From Octopus bimaculoides (lineage: Eukaryota), in contig NC_068995.1 in assembly GCF_001194135.2 (NCBI RefSeq), positions 35,365,159-35,429,158 of the forward strand: DNA of 64,000 bases, in the 5' to 3' direction. Shown piece after piece: positions 47,028 through 60,065 of this stretch. The notes under the pieces are model-generated. The model was not told the origin of the DNA, ran no database searches, and worked only from the letters and a program-made list of their open reading frames with translations. The position numbers and the translations under genes are program-made. Numbering within the stretch: position 1 is the first letter of the stretch; the number at the start of each line of letters is the position of its first letter.

Positions 47028-47754
47028 NNNNNNNNNNNNNNNNNNATATATATGTAATGGAAGGGTGCAGGTGTCAATCCATTACGGCCGTTTCCAACGA
47101 CTCCTTTAATTGTTTGGAACTCGAAGCAGATAAATCTATAAATGACACCCTGTATAACAAAGCACACACAGACACACACACACACACACAGACACACACA
47201 CACACATACACACACACACATGCAAATACACAATGCACACACACACACACACACGTACAGATACGCACGCACAAATATAATGGCTATTCTCGTAATATTA
47301 TATAGTCGATGGAAAGATGTACAATGTTGAAGATAAACTAAAACCATCTGTTCAAAATAGTTTATGTTTCTCCCATTGTTCCTATAATGTTATTACACCA
47401 TATATATGATGTGTGTTTTGATGTTATTGAAGATATACCTATTGTATACTGGTTCTGTTTATTACACATTTCTTTTAATTGTTCTAAAATTTGCTACGTT
47501 TCGTAGTTTTCGTTGAACCTTTTCCCCTCTGGAGTTGATTACTATATAATTTTCATTTCCAGACATATTGTCTTTCTTGACTTCCAAAATTCAATTATTA
47601 AATCTTGAAAATATTACATAAAATATAAAGCAATTCTAACTTCAACATTAGTGTTGTCTACTTCGCTATTGTAGAAGTGAAACGAAACGAAAATGTAAAG
47701 AAAATTGAAAAACCAAAACAGAAACAACCAACTGGGGTATCTTTTATATTTTAC

Positions 47755-47930
47755 TTCCTTTTTGTTCAGTCATTGGACTGCGGCCATGTGGAGGTGAAGA
47801 CTATAGGAGCTTACTCAATCAAATACGCCCCAGTGTCGCGTAATATTCTATCCGTTTCTATTGCTGATTCGCTAGTCTACGGTGACGTAAACAAACCAAC
47901 ACCATTTGTCAAACTGTGGGGATAAAAATT
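47755..47930 (-). mobile_element. Decayed SINE 3' domain
   Basis: TTCAGTCATTGGACTGCGGCCATG..GACGTAAACAAACCAACACC..TTGTCAA. Confidence 0.7.
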
Positions 47931-48033
47931 CAATAATGCACACAAATACACAAGCACACATACGCACACACAACCGTATGTGTGTGTGTATGTGTGTGTG
48001 TGTGTGTGAGTCCATGTATACATATGTATGCAA

Positions 48034-48105
<72 letters not shown>

Positions 48106-48819
48106 GTATGTGTGTGTGAGTAAAAATAAATACAAAAAAAGGGTTTTGTATGATCGTGTATAGAGGAATATATTATTTTATTTAAAAGAGTTCCAAATCC
48201 GTCTGTTTTTTATGTTTTATTCATATTCTTGTAAAATTAATGTGGGATATAGAATATGGAATATATAATATATAATATAAAAAAATAGATGGTACAATGA
48301 AATGAAGTATTGAATGTCTTATTGAATATATGGAATATTGAGTGTTCAATATAAAGGATTAAATATATAAAGGCGAATACGGATTTTCTATACCTTGTGG
48401 TATTTCATCATGGCCGGTAGAAGAAAGAAAATGGAGAGTGTGAACACAGAAATCAATTTATTAATTTAATAGTCATTATAAATAAATTCATTTCTGTGTT
48501 CAGACTCTTTCTTTATATTATAAAATTCTCTTCTCCTATATCGGATAGATGAAAGCATCTATAACGACAACTGGAACTTGATAAGTGTTAAGTACTGATG
48601 TCGAAGAAGCACGAATGCTAACACAAAATATCAAATTCCAGAAACATTAATCGATACGTCGGTAAACCGGGGTACGCTCGGATGAAATACATCCCTGAGA
48701 AAGAGCAATCTCCTTCCATTCAAAACTATATGTGTGTGTGTGTATGTATATATATATATATATATATACACGCACACGCGCGCGTATGTGTAGGCATCTG
48801 TGTGCTTGTGTAATTTTGT

Positions 48820-49137
48820 TCTTTGCATTTGTTTTCCCCTCACCTTGAAAACCGATGTTGGTTTGTGTATGTCCCCTTCAATTAGCGATTCGGCAATAGA
48901 ATCCGTTTTTCGGATTGAGTGTTATGTTGAGCTCTTGAGGAAAACTCTTTGTTTCAGGTTGCTCCTGTCTATTCAGCTGTAGATTGGTAACTTTGTCAAG
49001 GAGTAGCCTTCCGATCAGAGGAAATGTTGATCCGCTCGCCTAGCCAGCGGGATGCCATTAATCGAAAGCTAAAACGATGCAAAGCGCATTGCGACACGCG
49101 ACGTACATCAACATCCGATAGAATTGTCTGTCACGTG

Positions 49138-49140
<3 letters not shown>
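48820..49140 (+). mobile_element. Decayed SINE with an alternative 3' domain
   Basis: Begins like the shared 3' domain (AAAACCGATGTTGGTTTGTGTATGTCCCC..TTAGCGATTCGGCAA) then diverges into a different tail ending CACGTGATA. Confidence 0.5.
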
Positions 49141-49168
<28 letters not shown>

Positions 49169-49194
49169 CACTCACTAGATGCTGGTTGACACGG

Positions 49195-49300
49195 GATATC
49201 GTGGAAGAAGGGGTCTTGCCCAAGTATCCAAGGTGCTGTGCAGTGGGGTTGAACCCGAAACCATGTGGGTGGAAAAGCACTTCCTAACTACACAGCCATG
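49195..49300 (-). mobile_element. CORE-type SINE head fragment
   Basis: TCTTGCCCAAG..AAGGTGCTGTGCAGTGGGGTTGAACCCGAAACCATGTGG..ACACAGCCATG, reverse complement of the head at 2888-2990. Confidence 0.75.
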
Positions 49301-49447
49301 TGTAAGATAAAACTCAAAAATTCGAAGAAAACTAAGCTTCTTGCCAGGTAATATCATGCAACACCGGTGCCTTGTAACCCGAGCGTCAACTGTATAGAAG
49401 AACTTATGCATCTACGTATGATTACACGTTTTCTACATACAAATATA

Positions 49448-49922
49448 CAGTGCCGGACCAGTTATCCGGAAACCTTGAGACCGGAAGAGTCTCAGATTTC
49501 TGGAGACATTATGAATATATAGGTAAAAGTGCTAGACAGTAAAGAACTAAATCTTATTTAACACTTCTAAAGCAGAGTCTGTTTTGATATTCGTAATCCA
49601 CTTAAAATTCTGATGATATACTATACTGTATCATGTATACAGTATCAAATTTATAGGAAGAAATTGAATAAATGTAAAGAACATGGCATTATTTAAATGA
49701 TATATTTCTAATTTAATATGCTGATAAAGTAGAGTATAATTAACTTTTATCACTCCACTTTAGAATGTAAGGAACAAAACTATTTTCAACACACTCTGAG
49801 AAAATTAATCAACTTCAAAAACAGAGCCTGTTGTTTATTCAATACAGAGCACATTATATTACAAAATATTGCACAGTATTGCCAGATTACCGGAAGCCGG
49901 ATAACGGGCAGGTTCGGCACAG
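49448..49922. mobile_element. pogo/Tigger-type MITE (~475 bp)
   Basis: TA-CAGTGCCGGACCAGTTATCCGG at left and reverse complement TA-CTGTGCCGAACCTGCCCGTTATCCGG at right; AT-rich non-coding interior. Confidence 0.62.
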
Positions 49923-50088
49923 TATAAATATATTTGTATGTGTGTTTAAGTGAATTAACTGGAATAATTAGTAAAGTGAAATCTATTAATAATATTGATT
50001 TCACTGAGAATTCGAGTTTCGAGTTTAATGATTAACACAGCTTGTGTAATAAACCGTTGTAGAAGAAATTTGAAGTCTAAGTGAAATC

Positions 50089-50287
50089 AATATTGCTCAT
50101 ATATGTGTATTTCGTCGGTCTTAACGTTCTGAGTTCAAATCCGCCGAGGTCGACTTTGCTTTTCAACCTTTCGGGGTTGATAAATAAGTACCAGTTCCAT
50201 ACTGGGATCAATCCAGTCGGCTGGCCCCCTCTCCAAAAATTTCGAGCCTTGTGCCTAGAGTACAAAATAATATTGCTCATATATGTG
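50089..50287 (+). mobile_element. 5'-truncated SINE with perfect 19-bp target-site duplication
   Basis: AATATTGCTCATATATGTG at 50089-50107 and 50269-50287 enclosing TATTTCGTC..GAGTTCAAATCCGCCGAGGTCGAC..GGGGTTGATAAATAAGTACCAG. Confidence 0.92.
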
Positions 50288-50535
50288 AGCGCATGCGTGC
50301 GTGCGTGCATGCATTCATGCTTGTATTTGTTTGTCACTGCGTGGTATAGCACAGTATACTTTTATAATTTCCGACTTCTAAACACCACTCTGAAGTTACT
50401 GTGCTAAGATTTCAGCTCGGAGGCACATACAAATTAACTTCCTTAACGACGCATCCATGTCACTACATATATACGCGCGCGCGTGTATATATGTAGTGAC
50501 GTTAATGAACAACGTGTCCCCACTATGCAAACCCG

Positions 50536-51100
50536 ATGAAACGAAGAAACATGAACAGAACTTCATGCACAGTATGCAATTCTTTGGATATGATCATAAA
50601 AATAGGGTTCACGTATATAGGGTTGCTAGAAAAAAAGTTAGATAACATTATATATAATAGAACCAGTGGCACCTCCCCTAGATATAGAAGCAAAGACTGG
50701 AATAAGATACAAAGAGCTTGTGACAGAGCAAACAGGGTGAACACGCGGTATAAAACCGACAAATATCAAGGAGTGATATTTGTAGAGGCCACAGCCCTTC
50801 GAGAACTAGCCCGTAGATTTCAGAAAGTTCTGAAGGAGACCAAACTCAACATTAATATTGTTGAAAAGCCAAGGAACTCCATCAGATCACAACTATGTAG
50901 GACGTATCCCTTTGAAAATACCATATGCACCAATGATAATTGCATGGCATGTAAGTTTGACCCTGGCATTAACTATAGAACTAGAAATGTAATCTACAGC
51001 ATAAGATGCATAGAAGATGATTGTAAAGACATGAACATGACATAGAGAGGGGAAACATCTAGGAGCATTCCGGAAAGACTAAATGACATTTGAGACAATA
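50536..51100 (+). mobile_element. Penelope-like element fragment (RT thumb-linker-GIY-YIG start), a different clade from the 20.6-kb copy
   Basis: ORF reads GVIFVEAT..ELARRFQKVL..INIVEKP..SIRSQL..CTNDNCMAC..NVIYSIRC..DC..GETSRS..ERL.D, matching PLE consensus FVPAT..LA..R.VE..L...C...C.PC..VVY.I.C..C..YIGET.R..ER..H. Confidence 0.8.
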
Positions 51101-51174
51101 TGATGGCAAACAGTCCTCCATACACTACCAACCCTCCAAGGACCAACCTAGGTCAGCTTGACATCCACATTTTA

Positions 51175-51206
<32 letters not shown>

Positions 51207-51208
<2 letters not shown>

Positions 51209-51315
51209 ATGAGGGTGATAAATTGAATATTAATTTAATTAACATCAATTTAAAACCAGTGGCCTTGCATATAAAAAAATCTGAAAATTCAGAAACATTG
51301 TATTACATGCGTATA
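51207..51315 (+). repeat. ~110-bp dispersed repeat (copy of 30660-30768)
   Basis: See reciprocal alignment; lies just 3' of the PLE fragment. Confidence 0.8.
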
Positions 51316-52189
51316 CGCATATATATATATAAATATATATCAGGCTGAGTAAAGAGTAAGCAACGTTCTGAAACTGGAAATTCATCAAAATATATTTCAA
51401 CAATGCGGGACACCTGTATGTTTAAACATTCTTTTTACTGCTTTTCTTTAATTGGACAGAATACGTATTTATGTATTTGCTACATTGTGACTTTTTATAA
51501 AATATTTCTTGTTTCGATGTGTATGTGCATTTTATCAAATATTAAAAATTCAAAGTCATGAATTATGAAATAGAAATTTGAAATTAAAACACTTTCTTCT
51601 CATACCTTGTGTGTAAAGAACATGTCGATATTTTTTATTTAAAGTTTCTTCTTATATATTGTTGTTTATGCTGCGGCTTGGAAAAGGATTCAAGAGGTTA
51701 AGTGTCAAAAATGCTACTGAATGGAATAGCAGGTTTCTTTTCTATCTAGAATGTGCTCAGCTGCATGTTGTGTGTGAATATATTGTGTTAAATGTCCATA
51801 TCAGTAAAAATGGATTTACGAATGGTTGAATGTTCTATTGATAGGAATGTGTTTTTCCTGTATGTGTAGGTTGGTTTCCATTGTGTCGAGAGTACAGTTT
51901 TACTTTAATTGTATTGGTGAAAGTTTTCAGTCATTAAGATTGGCTTTTCTTTTTTTTTTTTTTTTTTTCGGAAATATTTTGTTTCGGAGAAGAAAAATCA
52001 TATTTCCAATGCAGCACTCAACCCGAGCTTTAGGCTATCTACGCTTTGCTTTTGTCATCATCATCTCTAAAGTAGTTTGTGTTCCAACTGCGTCTTCTGT
52101 CGTGGCTATCACTACAACTATTATTATCATCTTTTCTATTATTGTTACGATTATTATTAGTATTATCATCTTTGATATTTCTATTATTT

Positions 52190-52193
52190 TCAT

Positions 52194-52271
<78 letters not shown>

Positions 52272-52295
52272 AGCTACTACAACTGCTACTACTAG
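52190..52295. repeat. (ACT)n(GCT)n trinucleotide repeat
   Basis: Directly visible. Confidence 0.95.
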
Positions 52296-52542
52296 TATTT
52301 TCCTCTCATTATTATTGTTGCTGTCGTAATTATTTTTTTATAACTCTTCGTTACTTTATTTTATCACGAGATATTTATGGTTCCAAACCAAAATTACAAT
52401 TCACTCGTCCATTGTAATTTGATGCTGGCCATTGTGGGATCATTCCTTTGTTGTCCACATAAACCTTCTTCCTTCCAACTAATCGTTTTCGCTTTCTCTT
52501 TCCTCGTCTAATCCAACTCATCCTTCATCTTATTCTGCTCGC

Positions 52543-53720
52543 TCTTCTTCTTCTTCTTCTTCTTCTTCTTCTTCTTCTTCTTCTTCTTCTTCTTCTTCTT
52601 CTTCTTCTTCTTCTTCTCGTCGCTCTTGTTGCTATTGTTGTTGTTCTTCTCTTCTTCTTTACATTCTTCTTCTCCACATTCTTCTTCTTCTTCTTCTTCT
52701 TCTTCTTCTCGTCGCTCTTGTTGCTATTGCTGTTGTTGTTCTTCTTCTTCTTTACATTCTTCTTCTCCACATTCTTCTTCTTCTTCTTCTTCTTCTTCTT
52801 CTTCACCTTCTTTTTCTTCTTCTTCTTCTTCTTCTTCTTCTTCTTCTTCTTCTTCTTCACCTACCTCNNNNNNNNNNNNNTTTTCTTCGTTTTCTTCTTC
52901 ATATTCTTCTTCTTTTTCTTCCTTTTCTACTTCTTCCATTATTTCTTCACCTTCTTCTTCTTCTTCTTCTTCTTCTTCTTCTTCTTCTTCTTCTTCTTCT
53001 TCTTCTTCTCGTCGCTCTTGTTGTTATTGTTGTTGTTGTTCTTCTTCTTTACATTCTTCTTCTCCACATTCTTCTTCTTCCTCTTCTTCTTCTTCACCTT
53101 CTTCTTCACCTTCTTCTTCTTCTTCTTCTTCTTCTTCTTCTTCTTCTTCACCTACCTCTTCTCCTTCTTTTTCAATGTTTTATTCACATTCTTCTTCACT
53201 TTTTCTTCGTTTTCTTCTTCATATTCTTCTTCTTTTTCTTCCTTTTCTACTTCTTCCATTATTTCTTCACCTTCTTCTTCTTTCTCTTTCTCCATCTTNN
53301 NNNNNNNNNNNNNNNNNNNNNNNNNNNNNNNNNNNNNNNNNNNNNNNNNNNNNNNNNNNNNNNNNNNNNNNNNNNNNNNNNNNNNNNNNNNNNNNNNNNN
53401 NNNNNNNNNNNNNNNNNNNNNNNNNNNNNNNNNNNNNNNNNNNNNNNNNNNNNNNNNNNNNNNNNNNNNNNNNNNNNNNNNNNNNNNNNNNNNNNNNNNN
53501 NNNNNNNNNNNNNNNTTCTTCTCCGTCTCTTCTTCCCTCTTCTTCTTCTTCTTCCACTTCTTTTTCACTTTCTTCTCCGTCTCTTCTTCCCTCTTCTTCT
53601 TCTTCCACTTCTTTTTCACTTTCTTCTTCGTCTCTTCTTCCTCTCCTACTTCTTCTTCCTCTCCTTCCTCTTCTTCTTCCGCTTCTTCTTCGTTTTCTTC
53701 GTCTTCTCCTTCTATTGCTC
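52543..53720. repeat. (TTC)n-based compound minisatellite with higher-order blocks
   Basis: TTC runs separated by recurring blocks such as CTCGTCGCTCTTGTTGCTATTG..CTTTACATTCTTCTTCTCCACATT (about 52615, 52708, 53007) and TTTTCTTCGTTTTCTTCTTCATATT..CCATTATTTCTTCACC (52881, 53201). Confidence 0.95.
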
Positions 53721-55534
53721 CTTCATTTTCTAACCATACTTTTTATCTATTTTGCTATTGAAAATGTAATTTCCCTATCCTTATTTTTCCAATCTACTTT
53801 CATATTTATCTTTATAAACTCTTCTTTGTTTCCGCCCGATATATGGAAAACACGTAGCTTGACGGACGAACAATGTAAGAGTGCACCTTTCATGTGGGTA
53901 TAAAGAAGTGCCACTCTAATGTTTAAAGCTACAAATATTGCGTAAATTTTCACGTAGTACTTTTGTGTGGACTGGCGTTGGTACAGAAACGATTGTAACT
54001 GAACTTTAACGATATAAAGTCTTCGTTCTCTTCTTATTTGGATTATCAATTATTTTATTCCTTTACTTGTATACATACATACGACGGGCTTCTTTCATTT
54101 TCCGCATGCCATATCCGCTCACACAGTTTTCGTTAGTCCGAAATATTTGTATACAAACATAGGCGCACACACGCGCACGCGCACGCACACACACATGTAT
54201 AGTTATATTTCGGGATGAATATATTTTTGGCTTTTGTTTTACCAAATAACAAATGGCACCATATACTCGTTCGTCACTTCAATTCTAATTAGTGTACCTT
54301 TTTCGAACATCTTTCATTACACATCTTGTGAACTCTTCAACGACTCTCCATTCCACGCGTCTCCTCCTCTGCAGTTTAATTATTCAAGAGGAATCTGGCA
54401 AGACAAATAACGTAAATGTATATATATGGTCGAGCGCACACAGACACACATATATACACACAGACACACGCACATACGTATGTATATGATAATATTATTA
54501 GGATAATTTAACCGCTTGTAAGCGATTAATTAAATATTCTTTATATACCAAATATCTTTGAACTTCGCCATATAACTAAATGGTATAGTCATAGATTATG
54601 AAATTCATGCATCAGGAGATTTGAAGCTGAACACATAGTATAAGAGTCACGCCTAGTGACCTCCGTTAGATGAGGCCTGATCATAAACGTAGCAGTCAGT
54701 GATACGAGTTTATCTATGGCCTGCCTATTATCTTGTATTTCTTTTAATATTCAATTTCCATATGTATATTAAATTATATACAAGCATGTTTTCTCTATCT
54801 TTATTGGGGATTATGTTGAAGTACGAATGTGTGGCCGGTCTTAATGTAAGTTTATCTGAGTTTCAATATCGTAAACAGTCTGAGTTGCATTCATGCATAA
54901 ATCTGGTTTATTTTCGTTCAATAACTTTCCATTAATATGTTAATTGAAAAGCTATATCGCTTGCTTTCGTCACTGATTCATAATACTGCTGCCTAGAGTA
55001 TACTTGTGTGTGTATTTTTGATATGCATACATACATATATACATTATATATATATATATATATATATAATGTATTTGTGCTTATGGACGCCTACTTACCT
55101 TCCCACATAAACATGTCTGTTTGTAAAAGAGAGATAGAAAACGAAAGAGGGAGACGGAAAGAGGCAGAGAGAGAGAGAGAGAGAGAGGGAGTGGGGAATG
55201 AACCATGCAATAAATGCTGTCAGACTCTTGCCCTCTTGGTAGGTTGTAAAGATACGTATCTGAAAACAAAATCAAAAGTCATACTTTTACTCTGCTTTTA
55301 TGTAAGAACGGACATATGATGCGATAGCAGTGATATAACTGCAGATTATCAACTGATTTAAAACGTCAACACGATTTGTATCTCTTAGACAAACACTGCT
55401 TGTCTTCAATATTGTATATAACTCCCATCTTAGCATATCATAACATATAATACCCTATATATGTGTATGTGAGTGTGTGTGCGTGCGTGCATGAGTGTAT
55501 ACATATATACATACACACACTCACACACACACAG

Positions 55535-55583
<49 letters not shown>

Positions 55584-55586
<3 letters not shown>

Positions 55587-56110
55587 CGTGCGGTGAATAA
55601 ATTGTCATCTAAATTACACAAAAATGGAAATAATACTGCATCTCGTTTTAACAGATATATTTGCCAAAATTACATTAAAATATCTTGAAATACTAAAGAG
55701 TAAATTTATTCAATAAAATGAACATTGACTTCAACCACGGCCTCCAGACGAATTCAGGATCTCCTGCAGCTCTTCTGAACCGTCTCGTTGTTTACGTTGA
55801 TGAATGCTGCCATAATCCTTGCATTCAGTTCGTCTTTGGTGTTACAACGAGTTTTGCTGGTCTGCGCCCCACACGAGCTATTTGGCCAAATGTTAGGCTT
55901 GATATCGTAGCATAAATTGCCTGAGAGCCATAACTGAGTTCTCCTGCTTGTGTAGCATGGTGCAGAGTCCTGTTGCAAGATATAGGGTCTTCCAGCAACC
56001 AAACCCTTGACCCAGGGTCGCCCTCCATCCTCCAGGCATTTGATGTAGACATCCGTGTTGAGTGTGAAGAAACTTCCCCGCTTTCTAAAAAGCTAAATGT
56101 GAAACATTGG
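55584..56110 (-). mobile_element. Tc1/mariner (maT/DD37D-like) 3' fragment
   Basis: Minus strand NTDVYIKCLE..PWVK..AGRPYILQQDSAPCYTSRRTQLWLS..NIWP[deletion]..CNTKDELNARIMAAF..VQKSCRR; TIR-like GCGTGCGGTGAATAAATTGTC at the left end. Confidence 0.82.
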
Positions 56111-58017
56111 GAGTGTGTAGCCTTTTGAAACTGATGAGTAAAATTCTTAACGATTCGTAAACTCTGTTTTTTCTCCATGGATTACCAAGAATAAAAATTT
56201 TTTAAAAGGGAAAAAATGAATTTGGAGTGGAAGAGAAAAAATTAAAATATTCAGAACGTGTTCTATGATTGAAATCCTAATCTTTTGTATCGAAAACATA
56301 GGAATCGGAAGAAATTTAGGAAAAAAGAAGACATGCTAGAGAAAAGAGGTAAAGGGCAGGGTTTCTGGGAAGACTTTCTTTCAAGTTTATATCGAAGATC
56401 AGGTTTTTAAATACGTTCATCACAAACACAATTTACAGAATAGGATAAGATCATTTGAATTGGATTTGAGCTGTAGATTTGCGCGTGTACACTGCAAAAA
56501 ATAACATGAATCACACAGAAATTTTACCTAGAGTGTGTGTATGTGTGTGTGTATCAAAGGAAGTTATTTTATGGCATTCTTTCGTTTGAAGAAGCAATGT
56601 TGTCAGCTCGACATATATGGGATCGTATGATTGTTTGTTAATTTCCGTAAAATTGTTTTGATTTCTGTTATGCTTTGAAGAGACCAGAAATTGAAAGAGA
56701 GGATAAAGTGAAAAGGTGACATTTGCTTTGAAGTGAGACGAGAAAGTAAAAGAGTAGAGAAAGTGTAAGATGTACGTGTATATGAAATGGACGTAAGAGA
56801 GAGAGAGAGACAGAGTGAAGGTGTATGTTGTGATGTATGAATTTTTTTGCATGTATGTGTAAGTGGCATTCACTCGCTCTCTCTCTCTCAATCACTCTCT
56901 CTCACACACACATTATCTTTCATATACGCCTACGCGCACACACGCCGTTTTCAGCTTAATCCTAACCCTAATCACCGGGAGTGCGTATTCTTTACCTTCA
57001 CCCATAAATACATACATCCTTTTTGTGCCTGAGAGAGAGAGTGAGTGAGTGAGTGAGTGAGTGAGTGAGTGAGTGAGTGAGTGACTGTATTTCTTCATAA
57101 CATATAGGAAAACAGGATGTCTTTCAATGCAAATCATTTGTTGTGGCTTACCTTAATACAATATTTATGTGTACATTTTCATAAATGCTTGTCTGAGTAG
57201 AATTCTACGTGTGCGTGAAACATCGGACGAAAGTGAAACATTAGAAGCAAATCGAAATATTGTCCGAAAATGACCTCAAAATTGTGCGACCCAACCTAGT
57301 CGCTGAGATTATTTTAGTTGTAAAAAAGAGTTGTTGTATGAAAAACATTGTTTATTTGGTTGATAGATAATAAGCAGCTTTCTTTTTAGTAATAGAGATG
57401 TGAGTAATTCGGAGAAACATTGCTTTCATTATTCACACATCGTTACTCTCGTAATGCTGTAACACTTGATAATTTTGGTTGAAATTGAAAGTGTGAAACT
57501 ATTTTTATTTTCTAATGAAACTTGATCGTTGTAGAAAAGTGTATTTGAAATAGCTATAGCTGGTTGTTGAGATAACGTAGAAATGTAAATGAAAATAAAG
57601 TTTATTTGAAATGTATAATTGGTTTGCTTGTTCTAGTCTTAACATCTGTTGGTAACAATAGAAGTCATTTGACGATACCTTTTTGTTATAATTGGTTATC
57701 CTGTTGCAAGTTCAATCTGTGGAATATAGAAATGATACACATTTTGTCTATTAAGAGGGATGAGTCTGTCAAACACGTTTAAGTTTGTTATCTCGAACAC
57801 GAATAAGTATATCATGATTTTCATGTAGATCACCAACCATACAGATTGCTACTCCATTAGATGTGAACTCATTAAAACAGCGTAAAATGTTATTTAATAT
57901 AGTTTGCTATAGACGTAACGACCGCAGAAACACACACACACACATACACACACACTCACAGAATTGCTAATATTGAAAACAGCAAAACATACACACACAC
58001 GAAGTTCAAGCGAAACG

Positions 58018-58190
58018 AAATGTAGTCAATATGGGTGAAAAATATAATTTCTGTAACAGTTATGCTATAAAAAATAGAAAGTCACCAATTTAGCAAAAGT
58101 TACTAAATGTAGTCAATATAGGTGCAAAACTTACTGTCTATAGCATAGATATGTTATAAAAAATGAATGGGAATTCACCAATTTAGTAAA
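58018..58190. repeat. Imperfect ~87-bp tandem duplication
   Basis: AAATGTAGTCAATATGGGTG..ATGCTATAAAAAAT..TCACCAATTTAG (from 58018) and AAATGTAGTCAATATAGGTG..ATGTTATAAAAAAT..TCACCAATTTAG (from 58105). Confidence 0.8.
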
Positions 58191-59088
58191 CGTTTGTATG
58201 CGTCACCAATGTAAGAAAGTACAGAAAGCCAACAATTCTTTTTGAAGATGTAGCAAATTTTATAACATTCACGACTGAATATAATTGTATATAAAGTATT
58301 TTTGAATACAGCTACAGTGCAAGTTAAAAATAAGGTGATATCAGCTACCAGAAGTATGATGAATATTTTACTTGCTCGAGTACTCAGGTAGCGGTAGCGA
58401 ATTTGCATCAGCTTCTTTGTCAAGTAACGATTGAAGTATTTATTGAAGATATAGCTGTCAACTTTCATTTCTGAAGAGTCTACATTTATTTTCGGTTATA
58501 TAAAGTTCACACAAGGTATGTAAATATTTCTCAGAAATCTATCACGCTACAGTTAGATTTTGTCTTTATTTCATTCCCACTTTTAGCACTAAATCAGCTA
58601 TATTGAAAGTTTGAATGAGGTTAGCAACGAAACAAGAATTTACTGCCTTTCATCCATCACTATGTCATTGACAAATGTGACAAAACGGCATATATAACTT
58701 CGAGTGTTGTTATAATTACACTAAACCTCTAACTGCTGTATTTATAAATGATATAACCCCTGTATACCACCTCTCCACACAAAACAGATTTAGATGTTAT
58801 GCTAGTAAGAAATTTCATCATCATTAGGTGTTAAAAATGTTATCTTCAATTTCGTTCTTTCAATTTGTTTTGTTCTTGAACCGATGCTCCTTCCTCGTGT
58901 CTCTAAATAACAATACAACTAATATGACAACAGTGGTAAGAAATTATGAGCAACCAGAATAACAGCAACAACAACAACAATAAAATCCAGAAATTATTTT
59001 CCTGGAGCGACTTGTAGGTTGATAGAAATGCAGCTGTAAAAGATGACCATACAAATGTTGTGGTAGTCGAGAATTGCTTCACTAAAAT

Positions 59089-59119
<31 letters not shown>

Positions 59120-59319
59120 AGAGACAGCTTCTAATTTCGTATATTAAATTTCCTGCCATCACTCAGCTTAGGAATTATTGAAGGTATTTGGTGAGATGCT
59201 GAACTATTGTCATATTTGCTATCAAAAAGATTCTATCACAAATATGTTAATGTGAAAGATCAATATTTATAAATCCGTATACCAACTTGGCCTTGATCCT
59301 AAATCGGGAAGCATTTTTA

Positions 59320-60065
59320 AGCAGAAGAAATACAGCAAGCCGTTCGAATCTTTACGTCGCTTGAAAAGAAGCGTTGTATTTCTTCTGACTCTACGTTCTT
59401 AGTTCTAATACTGCCTAATTAAGCTTCGTCTGTAACCCCCACCCCCCGCAATCAATAAAATATAGTACCAGCCACAAAGCGGCCTCGATGGTACCAACTT
59501 ACCATCTCCTCTCAAATTTTCTTGCCTTATGCCTAAATTAGGAAACACTATTAGGCAAAGGAAAGGAGCGAACTGACAGATTCGTTAGTGTCGGGAACAA
59601 TGCTTTGCACTAACTGTCACGATCTGAGTTTAAATCGCACTGAGGTTAAATTTGATTTTCATCCCTCTAAGGTCGACAAAATAAACCGTTGACAATAATA
59701 TCGACAAAGCTCGAACCTATAAAAATTACTAGTCTTGTTCCTAAATCAGAAACATTTGTCAAGCAGAGAACTCTACACTTTAGTCCCAAAAGATTGAGTA
59801 GCCAAAAGATAGAAGATAAAGGATTTGGAGGTGTAAAGGATGTGTAGGACTGTATAACAGTGCTTATTGTATTGGCACCAGAATAATATCTTACCAGCTA
59901 AATTAAGTAAATTTTGAATGGAACCTGGTACATCACTGATCTATATCTCATTCCAGCTGAAAAGCGAACTAATCGGTGAGAGATTCAAACTCAGAATATA
60001 CACAAACGTGATTAAATCACGTAAAACAGCTTAGACGGAGGTCTATGCTTCCCTCACCACCACTT
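59320..60065. mobile_element. Cluster of three heavily decayed SINEs (two +, one -)
   Basis: Residual motifs TTCTGAGTTTAAATC..TTTCATCCCTCTAAGGTCGACAAAATAA, TAGTACCAG, AAATTTTCTTGCCTTATGCCTAAATTAG and reverse-strand GATTCAAACTCAGAA. Confidence 0.55.

Noticed and set aside
52525-53903. Long Ser-, Phe-, Lys- or Glu-rich ORFs (e.g. 52626-53903, 425 aa)
   Set aside because: Translations of (TTC)n/(GAA)n repeats and N gaps, open in several frames only because the repeat lacks stops.
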